Source of the DNA: Candidatus Methanophagaceae archaeon
GTDB lineage: Archaea; Halobacteriota; Syntropharchaeia; Alkanophagales; Methanospirareceae
Assembly (NCBI GenBank): GCA_003194425.1
Contig: PQXB01000001.1
Coordinates: forward strand, 910,444-942,443
DNA: 32,000 nucleotides
Direction of reading: 5' to 3'
In this document: positions 9,022 through 16,510 of the stretch, piece by piece
Layout of the letters: each line of letters opens with the position of its first letter
How positions within the stretch are numbered: position 1 is the stretch's first letter
Translations under genes and position numbers: made by a program
Notes under the pieces: model-generated
The model's database searches: none
What the model was told of the DNA's origin: nothing
What the model saw: only the letters and a program-made list of their open reading frames with translations

Positions 9022-9510
9022 CTATTTATTTGGATAAATGAGGTACTTTTCATCAGATTTATCTACTTTAACAAAGAACGAGTTTTTTTTCTTGTTTTTC
9101 TTGAACCGATTGGAGTTTTTTAAATCTTCCCACGGAAACAACCATATTTTATCAAGCGAGTAGTCGTCGTTGAAATGCACAAACATTAAATGCGTTGGCA
9201 AATCGTCGCTCTCAATTTTAGAAATGTTACCGGTTTTTTTCCATCCTCCTGCATTCCCCTTGCGTGTCTTTACTAAAATCCTCTCGCCCTTTTTAGTCTT
9301 GAATTCGTGCGACTGACCGGAATCTAATTCTCCGTCTTTGAGAAGTTTTCCATAAATCAGTCCAAGCCCACCCACAAAATCGTTCTTCTTAAGCTTCTTT
9401 GGCTTTGCGCGTTTTTCCAACTCTTCTCGGATACACTTTTCTGCCTTCCAGAGATTAGAAAGATCTCCCTTCAATTCAGATTCTAACTCTTCAAGTTCTT
9501 TTTGAGTCAT
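9022..9510 (-). CDS. AT-rich lysine-rich orphan protein (hypothetical); possible degenerate PD-(D/E)xK-like core
   Basis: The likely start is ATG at 9510 (MTQKELEELESELKG...), giving 162 aa. The stop is 3 nt from the start of the downstream nucleotidyltransferase gene. The gene is visibly much more AT-rich than either flank. An N-terminal coiled-coil-like segment is followed by GGLGLIYGKLL...SHEFKTKKGERILVKTRK. Confidence 0.55.
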   Translation of the reverse strand: MTQKELEELESELKGDLSNLWKAEKCIREELEKRAKPKKLKKNDFVGGLGLIYGKLLKDGELDSGQSHEFKTKKGERILVKTRKGNAGGWKKTGNISKIESDDLPTHLMFVHFNDDYSLDKIWLFPWEDLKNSNRFKKNKKKNSFFVKVDKSDEKYLIYPNK

Positions 9511-9531
9511 TTTTTGGATTATTTTTGCAAT

Positions 9532-9573
9532 AAAATTAAAAAGACTCAAAGGAAAATTAAAAAGACTCAAAGG
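9532..9573. repeat. Perfect 21-nt tandem duplication in a divergent promoter spacer
   Basis: aaaattaaaaagactcaaagg occurs at 9532-9552 and again at 9553-9573. This lies between the orphan gene start (9510) and the NIL-ferredoxin start (9590). Confidence 0.95.
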
Positions 9574-9589
9574 TAAAACAAAGCAAAAG

Positions 9590-9976
9590 ATGAAGTTGCT
9601 CTTGAGGTTTCCGCCGGATTTGCACGAGACGCCGCACACTGCGGATGTGATTTTGGAGACGGGTGCGAGGATAAACATTGACCGGGCGAATGTGGACGCG
9701 GTGCAAGGAGAGGCGGTGATTGAAGTTCCGAAGGAGAAGGAGGTGCAAGTTGCGGCACTCTTCGAGCAGAAAGGCGTCGAAGTGCGGCGGTTGTGGCGGC
9801 TGATTGAGCGGGACGAGGAGCGGTGCGTTCACTGCGGGGCGTGCGTTTCTGTCTGTCCAACCGGGGTCTTTGCGTTCGACCAGTCGTGGCAGGTGAGCGT
9901 GGAGGAGCAGAAGTGCATTCGGTGTAGTGTCTGCGTGAAAGCCTGCCCGCTCGGTGCTTTGGCGTGCGTGGAATGA
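9590..9976 (+). CDS. NIL-domain / 2x[4Fe-4S] ferredoxin fusion protein
   Basis: The 128-aa ORF has an N-terminal NIL-like domain (LRFPPDLHETP...ILETGARINIDRANV). It is followed by two ferredoxin motifs, CVHCGACVSVCP and CIRCSVCVKACP. Confidence 0.8.
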   Translation: MKLLLRFPPDLHETPHTADVILETGARINIDRANVDAVQGEAVIEVPKEKEVQVAALFEQKGVEVRRLWRLIERDEERCVHCGACVSVCPTGVFAFDQSWQVSVEEQKCIRCSVCVKACPLGALACVE

Positions 9977-10779
9977 GCGGTAAAAATCTGGGGGAGAAGG
10001 AGGGCGAAGGGGAGAGGGAGAGGGAGAAGGTAAGGGAGAGGGAGAAGGCGAGGTCAGAGAGCATTTTAAAGCAAGTAAAACCGCCTGACCTGCTCTCGCT
10101 CCTAAATGCGTTGCTCGGCTTTTCCGCGATTCTTCTTGTGCTTGACGGGGCGGCGGCGGTTGAGGTTGCGGTTGTCTTGATTTTGGCGGCTGCGGTTGTT
10201 GACGGGTTGGACGGAGCAGTGGCGAGGAGGGTAGAGTCGTCGGAGTTTGGAGAATATCTTGACTCACTGGCAGACCTGCTCTCTTTTGGCGTCGCACCTG
10301 CGGTTGTCGTTTGCGTGCTTCTCGCAGGCTCTTCGTTGGCTCTCTGCGTCTGCAGTGCGTACCTTGTTAGCGGAATGCTAAGGCTTGCGCGGTTCAACGC
10401 AAATTTTTTAGAAAAAGATTTAAGAGAAGATTTAGTAAAAGGCGATTTTAAGGGTTTTCCGATTACAATGAGTGCGGTTTTTTTAGCCTCTTTTTTGCTT
10501 GTCTCCCTGGAGTTTGTCTTTCCGTTTCACCTCTCTTCGCCACTTCTGCTCGGTTTAACTGCTGTTTTAAGCCTCTTGATGCCGAGCAGGATAAAATACA
10601 AAAAGATGAAGGAGAAGAGGATTTTGGTGCCGTTAGTGCTTATTTTTTTCACGCTCTTCTTACTCTTCTTCTCGCCTCTCTTCGCCTTGCGGTCGTTGTT
10701 CGTTTATCCCGCAGCCGCTCTTCTCGTCTTAACCGCCCTCTACGCGCTCAGCCCGCTCGTGCTCAACGCTTCTAAATAA
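9973..10779 (+). CDS. pssA: CDP-alcohol phosphatidyltransferase (archaetidylserine synthase-like)
   Basis: The CDP-alcohol phosphatidyltransferase motif D-G-x2-A-R-x8-G-x3-D-x3-D is present as DGLDGAVARRVESSEFGEYLDSLADLLS. The protein is multi-pass membrane. ATG at 9973 overlaps the ferredoxin stop (ATGA). The N-terminus carries the GA-rich tract GEKEGEGEREREKVREREKA. Confidence 0.85.
   Translation: MSGKNLGEKEGEGEREREKVREREKARSESILKQVKPPDLLSLLNALLGFSAILLVLDGAAAVEVAVVLILAAAVVDGLDGAVARRVESSEFGEYLDSLADLLSFGVAPAVVVCVLLAGSSLALCVCSAYLVSGMLRLARFNANFLEKDLREDLVKGDFKGFPITMSAVFLASFLLVSLEFVFPFHLSSPLLLGLTAVLSLLMPSRIKYKKMKEKRILVPLVLIFFTLFLLFFSPLFALRSLFVYPAAALLVLTALYALSPLVLNASK
10018..10053 (+). repeat. 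In-frame 18-nt x2 polypurine tandem repeat in the pssA N-terminus
   Basis: gagagggagaaggtaagg (10018-10035) is followed by gagagggagaaggcgagg (10036-10053). Confidence 0.9.
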
Positions 10780-10789
10780 AAAAAGGGAG

Positions 10790-10870
10790 GCAAAAAAGCA
10801 AAAAAAGCAAAAAAAGCAACCCTCCCCCGCATCAACCCCCAGAGCAACCCTCCCCCGCATCAACCCCCAG
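10790..10870. repeat. Convergent intergenic tandem repeats: gcaaaaaa(a) x3, then a 28-nt unit x2
   Basis: gcaaaaaa, gcaaaaaaa and gcaaaaaaa occupy 10790-10815. gcaaccctcccccgcatcaacccccag(a) occurs at 10816-10843 and again at 10844-10870. On the minus strand the first block reads as three T6-7 runs, plausibly oligo-T terminators for the DUF2061 gene. Confidence 0.85.
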
Positions 10871-10890
10871 CATCAAAATTTTCTGCTCCT

Positions 10891-11193
10891 TCACAACCTC
10901 CCTACCACAACAATTCCCGCAAAGGCGAGAACTAAAACCCCCTGCCAAAAATAAAACCAAAACATATTAACACAGGGATTTGTAGTACAACCCCACGCGG
11001 TAAGTTCCCACGCACGCTCGTGAAGCACGTACAGAACCATTCTAACTGCGTGGAAGACGAAGGTAATCAGGCTCGATTCAACCAAGTTTCCCGTGATTGA
11101 GAAGCAAAGCAGGATAAGAATCAAAATCCCAAGAATTCTCCAAGTCGCCGCTTTGGTAATCGATCTTACCCACATATCTTTATTATTCCTCAT
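10891..11193 (-). CDS. Small membrane protein, DUF2061-like
   Basis: The 100-aa ORF has an N-terminal RSITKAATWRILG motif and a later HERAWE motif, which resemble the DUF2061 family as I recall it. It has two or three hydrophobic helices. Confidence 0.55.
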   Translation of the reverse strand: MRNNKDMWVRSITKAATWRILGILILILLCFSITGNLVESSLITFVFHAVRMVLYVLHERAWELTAWGCTTNPCVNMFWFYFWQGVLVLAFAGIVVVGRL

Positions 11194-11210
11194 TCTACAT
11201 ATTCTCCGTT

Positions 11211-11244
11211 TCAGAGTTTCATTTTCAGAGTTTCATTTTCATTG
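11211..11244. repeat. 14-nt tandem duplication just upstream of the DUF2061 gene
   Basis: tcagagtttcattt occurs at 11211-11224 and 11225-11238, followed by a partial third copy (tcattg). Confidence 0.85.
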
Positions 11245-11300
11245 TCCTATTAAAAAATCTCAATTAAAAAACGAAGCCGAAATATCTGACACGACAAGCC

Positions 11301-11346
11301 GAGAGGTCTCTGCCGGTAGGTGCGAGAGGTCTTTACCGGTAGGTGC
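11301..11346. repeat. 23-nt imperfect tandem duplication in an intergenic spacer
   Basis: gagaggtctctgccggtaggtgc (11301-11323) is followed by gagaggtctttaccggtaggtgc (11324-11346), with 2 mismatches. Confidence 0.9.
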
Positions 11347-11405
11347 AATTTTAAGGGCATTTGGAACGCTTGGCTATTCTTTCTCCTCCTCTTTACGCAG
11401 GCGCA

Positions 11406-12962
11406 CTACAAAAACCGCCTCAACATAGATTTTATACGAGAAGCATCGACACCCAATATCCGCTCCACCTCCTCCAATATTATCTCATCTTCTCTCTCGA
11501 AACTCTTCGTGATAAGTATTGACAGCCCGTACATAACAAGAAATAAGAAGCTGAGCACGATTAAGATCCCGAATGTAACCCTGTCAGACCAAAAAATATT
11601 GACCACTGCATAAACGACGGAGACAAGCACGCAATAAATCACTACAGGCTTTAAATAATTGGTGGCAAAGGGATGTATCTTGTGGATGCGGTAGATTTGG
11701 ACGGATTTTAACAGAGTTAGCGCGGCGAGCGAAATTGCAGTTGCAACCGCGGCGCCGACGATGCCAAACACGGGTATTAGGAGTGCATTGAGCGAGAGGT
11801 TCGTGACCGCACCAACCAAGTCGTCCAGCATATTCAACTTCGTCCGTCCGACCACGACCAGCGTTGCAGCGTTCGGCCCGAGAAAGAAGGTAAAGAAGAA
11901 GCCGAGAGCAAGGATTTGGAGCGCCAGGCTTGCACTCTCGTACGCAGAGCCGAAGAGGACATTTAAGACCGGCTTGGGAAAGAGAAAGAGAAACAGGGAG
12001 GAAGGGAAGGCAGCCGAGAAGACCCACTTCGTCAGCACCGCGTAGTTCCTTCGTATCTCGTTCATAAGCCCTCTTGAATACAACTGTGAGGCTATTGGGA
12101 TGTAGATAAACGCTAATGAGATTATGAATACTGTAATAAGGACGGCTACTGTGTGTGCTGCGTTGTACAATCCAACGACAGCGGTAGTCTTGAAATATCC
12201 AAGCATTAGCGTGGCTGTCTGCAGGACCGCAACGCCCAAAACATAAGTAACAAGCAGCGGCAGAGAAAAGCGGAGAAGTCCCTTCGTTACTGTGGCAGGC
12301 ACTGCTTCTGCAGTTGCACACTTAAGCGGCAGCTTCTTGACCGCGTAGAACGCGAACGCCACGGAAGCGACCACGATCGAGAAAACATACGCACAAACAA
12401 GCCCGAGCAAGGAGCAGCCAAGAAGAACCGCACCCGCGACGAACGAGACTTTTAGCACATTCATTAGCACCTCCCGAAAATAGACACGCTCCTGCACCCG
12501 GTCGAAGCCCATAAAAACGGGTGCGAGAATTTCAATCGCGACGAAGAAGGGGACGGCGAGAGCGAACGCTCTTAAGACTGCCGTTTCTTGCGGCTGAAAG
12601 TGAAAGAGAGCGGTAAGAAAGTCAGCGGAGAGGAAGAGAAGAAGAGAGCAGAGCAGGCTTGCGAGGACCGAGAGTTTGAGCGTAGAACGAATTACAGCAC
12701 TCACTCGACGGTCGTCGCCTCTGCCTCTAAAATAAGCAATGCATCTCGGCGCTCCGCCCTGCAGCCCTAAACAAGCCGCGACTGCGAAGAAGTTCAGGAT
12801 AACTATTCCAATGCAGAAGGCTCCGTACTCGCTCTGCGTCGTGTTTCGGATAATAATTATGCGAGCAACGAACTCAAGGATTATGAAAACGAGCAGCCCG
12901 AAGAAAGCCACCGCAGTCCCCTTCGCAACCTGCCTCAACGACTCGCTCTCGCTCAATTCCAT
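11406..12962 (-). CDS. MOP-superfamily polysaccharide/oligosaccharide flippase (Wzx/RfbX-like)
   Basis: The 518-aa protein is highly hydrophobic and multi-pass, with about 12-14 helices by eye. Its overall layout is typical of polysaccharide biosynthesis and export proteins. Confidence 0.7.
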   Translation of the reverse strand: MELSESESLRQVAKGTAVAFFGLLVFIILEFVARIIIIRNTTQSEYGAFCIGIVILNFFAVAACLGLQGGAPRCIAYFRGRGDDRRVSAVIRSTLKLSVLASLLCSLLLFLSADFLTALFHFQPQETAVLRAFALAVPFFVAIEILAPVFMGFDRVQERVYFREVLMNVLKVSFVAGAVLLGCSLLGLVCAYVFSIVVASVAFAFYAVKKLPLKCATAEAVPATVTKGLLRFSLPLLVTYVLGVAVLQTATLMLGYFKTTAVVGLYNAAHTVAVLITVFIISLAFIYIPIASQLYSRGLMNEIRRNYAVLTKWVFSAAFPSSLFLFLFPKPVLNVLFGSAYESASLALQILALGFFFTFFLGPNAATLVVVGRTKLNMLDDLVGAVTNLSLNALLIPVFGIVGAAVATAISLAALTLLKSVQIYRIHKIHPFATNYLKPVVIYCVLVSVVYAVVNIFWSDRVTFGILIVLSFLFLVMYGLSILITKSFEREDEIILEEVERILGVDASRIKSMLRRFL

Positions 12963-12966
12963 CCTT

Positions 12967-13323
12967 CTACAAAATCCTTCTCAAGACGAGATAAAAACAC
13001 CAAAAAAAAGAGACGACAAACTGTTTTAGCCCCCTTCTGTAAAATTCCATTTTGATGCAAGCCGGCGTTCCACGACAGACAAAACAGGTGCTGCAGCCCT
13101 GCTCAACCCCAAGCCCCGAACCAAAGATGTCCGTGCTTACCACTTCGTTTAGCGGGCAGTTGCGAAGAGAAAAACATTCTTCACATTCTTTGCACTTCCC
13201 TTTGTTTTTTGTTACTCTGAAACTTTCCGGGTTCGTCCTAATGCAGTCGCCTGAATCTCTTATCTCCACCGCCTCAAGCGGGCAGGACTGGACACAAATC
13301 GTGCAGGGCTTTCGAAACGCCAT
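12967..13323 (-). CDS. Cys-rich ferredoxin-like protein ([4Fe-4S]-type motifs)
   Basis: From ATG at 13323 the product reads MAFRKPCTICVQSCP...CKECEECFSLRNCP...CSTCFVCRGTPAC. It is divergent from the geranylgeranyl reductase gene across a 34-nt spacer. Its stop is 4 nt from the flippase start. The track ORF start at 13461 overlaps the reductase gene and is unlikely. Confidence 0.5.
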   Translation of the reverse strand: MAFRKPCTICVQSCPLEAVEIRDSGDCIRTNPESFRVTKNKGKCKECEECFSLRNCPLNEVVSTDIFGSGLGVEQGCSTCFVCRGTPACIKMEFYRRGLKQFVVSFFWCFYLVLRRIL

Positions 13324-13357
13324 AATTTTAAGAGAGAACTCTTTGGAAGATAAATAA

Positions 13358-14587
13358 ATGTTGGTAGATGTTGTGGTAATTGGGGCGGGACCGGCGGGTT
13401 CGGTTACTGCTGCCACTGTTGCAAAGCGGGGTTTTAGCGTGCTGCTAATCGAGAAGGACACTTTTCCGGGGCAGACGAATGTCTGTGCAGGAGGTGTAGA
13501 GCAGTCGGTTGTAGAGGAGTTTGCGCTGGGCGGGGGCGAGGGCAGGGAAAGGGGCGAGGGCAGAGAAAGGGGTGAGGGCAGGGAAAGGGGTGAGGGCAGA
13601 GGAGAGGGAGGAGGAATAGTTGAGAAAGAGATTTTAAGCCATAAATATTATTTTCCGTGGGGGGTTGAAGAGTACGAAACCAACGCTGCAACAGTTCGCA
13701 GAGAGAATTTTGACAGTTTTCTTACCCGCAGCGCCGAAGACGCAGGTGCTCAATTGCTGACGAGTGCGGTGGCTTGTGGTGTAACCAGGTCGCGGCGGGG
13801 TGGCGGTTGTGTGAGGGTAGCTGTTAAAGAGCGGGGGAGAGAGGAGGAAGAGAGGAGAGAGGAGGAAGAGGGGGAGAGCTTAACAAAAATCGAAACGAAA
13901 ATACTGGTTTTTGCCGACGGTCCGAACACGCTTGCTCGGGGATTTGGAGTTGGGTTTGAGGTGCGACCTGACACTGTGGCAGAGTCGGCGATATTTGAAA
14001 TAGAGTGGAAGAGCAACCACTTAAACAGCTCCGAGTTCTTCTTTTCCTCCGAAATATCGCCGTGGGGCTACGGCTGGATATTTCCAAAGAGGAACTCCGT
14101 AAATATCGGCGTTTGGTGCTTGTACTCAAAGATGCAGCGGAATATTTATGAATATCTCAAGGATTTTAAAGACTTTCTCGCTGCTCGACAACTGCCGCTT
14201 CAGGAGAAAAGAATCGCGAGATTTTCGTCTGCTTTGATTCCTCTCGTCCCTGCAAAAAGGATTTACGAGGAGAGGGTGTTGGTTGTAGGGGACGCTGCTG
14301 GAATGGTTGATCCTTTTTTTGGGGGAGGGATTGGCTACGCGATAAATGGTGGAAGAATTGCAGGGCAGTCGGTTTTAGACGCGTTAGAAGAGAACGACTT
14401 CTCCAAAAATTTCCTCTCGGCGTACCAGAAAGCGTGGGAGCGGACAGAGGATTGCAGGAGCATAAAAAAGCAGTACCACCTCTCAAATCTCTTTTTGCCT
14501 CTTTCCAAAATTGACAGGAACATATTTGGGAAAATGGTTGGGGTGGGACTGAACAAAAGAGGTCTCTTGAGAAAACTGTTTGTTTGA
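13358..14587 (+). CDS. Geranylgeranyl reductase family flavoprotein (digeranylgeranylglycerophospholipid reductase-like)
   Basis: The N-terminal FAD-binding motif is DVVVIGAGPAGSVTA...LLIEK. Later motifs include VLVVGDAAGMVDPFFGGGIGYAINGG. Two GA-rich in-frame inserts are present. Confidence 0.85.
   Translation: MLVDVVVIGAGPAGSVTAATVAKRGFSVLLIEKDTFPGQTNVCAGGVEQSVVEEFALGGGEGRERGEGRERGEGRERGEGRGEGGGIVEKEILSHKYYFPWGVEEYETNAATVRRENFDSFLTRSAEDAGAQLLTSAVACGVTRSRRGGGCVRVAVKERGREEEERREEEEGESLTKIETKILVFADGPNTLARGFGVGFEVRPDTVAESAIFEIEWKSNHLNSSEFFFSSEISPWGYGWIFPKRNSVNIGVWCLYSKMQRNIYEYLKDFKDFLAARQLPLQEKRIARFSSALIPLVPAKRIYEERVLVVGDAAGMVDPFFGGGIGYAINGGRIAGQSVLDALEENDFSKNFLSAYQKAWERTEDCRSIKKQYHLSNLFLPLSKIDRNIFGKMVGVGLNKRGLLRKLFV
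13535..13606 (+). repeat. In-frame 18-nt x4 polypurine tandem repeat (GEGRER) in the reductase gene
   Basis: The four units are ggcgagggcagggaaagg, ggcgagggcagagaaagg, ggtgagggcagggaaagg and ggtgagggcagaggagag. A second GA tract lies at 13831-13877 (EEEERREEEEGE). Confidence 0.9.
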
Positions 14588-14597
14588 GTTTTCCTCT

Positions 14598-15368
14598 CTA
14601 ACTTCCACCAGCAACCAGCCTTCCCAGCTCGCTCACCAGTTCCGCCCGTACGCTCTCGTCTCTGTTGCCGCCGCAGACCATTCCTCTGACGCCGATTATG
14701 TCGGGGTTTATCTTTTTTACAGCGGGGAGATCCTCAAACTTAAGCGAGCCCGCAAGAGCAGTCTCCAGCCCGAGCGCCCGCGACTCCGAGACGAACATCT
14801 TAAGCTCCTCCTCGCTCAAGAACTCCAGCGTCGTCTTGCCGTCTTTTACCGCAGTGTCCACCATCGCCACATCTAACGCAACATCCTTCCCAATCGCCGA
14901 GATTTCAAACGGCGAAATTGAATTTATCCGCTTGTAGTCAGAGTAAAACGCTGCGACGACCTTCTTCTCGGGGTCTAACCCCTTCACCGCCTTGACAACC
15001 GCCCCAAGCAGGTCTACCGCCTCCTCCTTCGTTTTTATCTTGAAGAGCCCGATTTTTATGTAGTCTGCACCTGCGGCGGCAGCGCCCAACGCAGCCAAAG
15101 ACGCTGTTCCGGGCTTGTAGTCGAAATTCCCAATCGCAGCACTCATTTTCATCTTCTCCCCGTTCCCTCGCTCTCCCTCCTCTCTCTCCGCTCTCTCCTC
15201 TCTCTCCGCTCCTGCCGCCTTTACCATTTCCTTCACAGAACTTATGACCCACGGGAAATTAGCTCCCAGCGAACCTTCCTTTGGATTCTTGACATCCACA
15301 ATGTCTACACCGCCACGAATCACCGCCTTCGCCTCCTCTACATCCTTCGGGCTTACTAACAATTTCAT
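14598..15368 (-). CDS. mfnB: (5-formylfuran-3-yl)methyl phosphate synthase (methanofuran biosynthesis)
   Basis: The N-terminus MKLLVSPKDVEEAKAVIRGGVDIVDVKNPKEGSLGANFPWVI closely matches the MJ1099/MfnB family as I recall it. The insert AEREERAEREEGERGNGE is encoded by an 18-nt x2 repeat at 15174-15209. Confidence 0.85.
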   Translation of the reverse strand: MKLLVSPKDVEEAKAVIRGGVDIVDVKNPKEGSLGANFPWVISSVKEMVKAAGAEREERAEREEGERGNGEKMKMSAAIGNFDYKPGTASLAALGAAAAGADYIKIGLFKIKTKEEAVDLLGAVVKAVKGLDPEKKVVAAFYSDYKRINSISPFEISAIGKDVALDVAMVDTAVKDGKTTLEFLSEEELKMFVSESRALGLETALAGSLKFEDLPAVKKINPDIIGVRGMVCGGNRDESVRAELVSELGRLVAGGS

Positions 15369-15411
15369 CTTCTTTAACCTCTCTTTCTCCTTTTTTATTT
15401 TAATTTTACTC

Positions 15412-16110
15412 TTACTTCTTCAGGTTCTTAACTCCTTCCCTGCCTTCCACCCCAACAAGCACCTCGGTCGCATTCGTGAAGATTCCGTGCTCGACCGAGC
15501 CGACGACAGCGGAAAGAGCAACGCTCGTAGCCTCTGGGTTTTTTACGACCCCGAAGTCCGCGTCTACTACCAAATTCCCACCCTCGGTCATAAAAAACCC
15601 ACCCCTGTTCCCGTCCTTTCTTAAAACCGCCACGCCACCGAGCTCCCTCACCTGCCTCTCCACTACCTTCACGGCGTAAGGCAGAACCTCCAACGGAACC
15701 GACCTGTTCAGCGTCCTCACCATTTTCACCTCCTCAACGCAAATAACAACTCTCTCCGCTGCGTAAGACACCACTTTCTCCCTCGTGTGCGACCCCCAGC
15801 CGCCCTTAATTAAGTTCAATTCCGAATCCACCTGGTCTGCGCCGTCAATGCACAAGTCCAGCGAGGGGTGCTCAAAGAGCGAGGTAACAGGAATCCCACA
15901 CTCCACCGCCAGCAGTTCGGTTGCAAGCGAAGTAGGAACGCCCAAAACCTCAAGCTCCTCTTCTTTTATCCGCCAGCCGATTCTTCTTACCGCAATTTCC
16001 GCCGTAGACCCCGTGCCGAGACCCACTACCATCCCGTCTTTCACCAGCGAAGCCGCCGATTCCGCCGCTCTTTTCTTCTGCTCCCCTCGTCTCCCCTCGT
16101 CCTCGTTCAT
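15412..16110 (-). CDS. rpiA: Ribose-5-phosphate isomerase A
   Basis: RpiA motifs are present: VGLGTGSTA, CIDGADQVD and LIKGGWGSHTREKVV. The length of 232 aa fits the family. Confidence 0.9.
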   Translation of the reverse strand: MNEDEGRRGEQKKRAAESAASLVKDGMVVGLGTGSTAEIAVRRIGWRIKEEELEVLGVPTSLATELLAVECGIPVTSLFEHPSLDLCIDGADQVDSELNLIKGGWGSHTREKVVSYAAERVVICVEEVKMVRTLNRSVPLEVLPYAVKVVERQVRELGGVAVLRKDGNRGGFFMTEGGNLVVDADFGVVKNPEATSVALSAVVGSVEHGIFTNATEVLVGVEGREGVKNLKK

Positions 16111-16183
16111 CTTCCACCCCCTTCTAAATTTTCTTCACAAATAAAAACTTTTCTATTTTTCTCTGCTCGGCTTGGATGGATTT

Positions 16184-16447
16184 TTAGAGATATTTAGAGA
16201 AGTCCTTTGCACCAACTTTTGCCAATTTGAGAACCCCTTTCAAAGTCCCTATTTCAGTTCTTTATGCATAGGAACAACTGACCCTACTTTTCCCTCGGGA
16301 GTCTTTTTCAAGAGTCAGAGTCATTTTCAAGAGTCTGATAGGACTTCCCGTTCTTCCACTAATCTCAAAGCCTAACCTGTTACAAAGAATTTTGACTACT
16401 TTCTTTCCAGAGACCTTCCTAAACTTTGGCACTAACCGCGATCTCAA
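16184..16447 (-). pseudogene. hicA: Decayed HicA-family toxin (two frameshifts, GSH motif mutated to GSP)
   Basis: Three consecutive minus-strand frames together spell a HicA-like protein. Frame A (16447-16262) reads ...KVSGKKVVKILCNRLGFEISGRTGSPIRLL...DSRGK. Frame B (16314-16252) reads ...KVGSVVPMHKELK*. Frame C (16261-16184) reads IGTLKGVLKLAKVGAKDFSKYL*. A short HicB-like tail (GVKNLKEATELYLEE) ends at 16444, immediately upstream. Confidence 0.6.
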
Positions 16448-16510
16448 ATGTTGTCGAGAGTTCTCGCTTCTTTTAACGGGAACTCCTCAAGATAAAGCTC
16501 TGTAGCCTCT

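Noticed and set aside
9557-10397. 246-aa and 276-aa minus-strand ORFs across the NIL-ferredoxin and pssA genes
   Set aside because: They are P/S/R-rich antisense translations. Both + strand genes carry diagnostic motifs.
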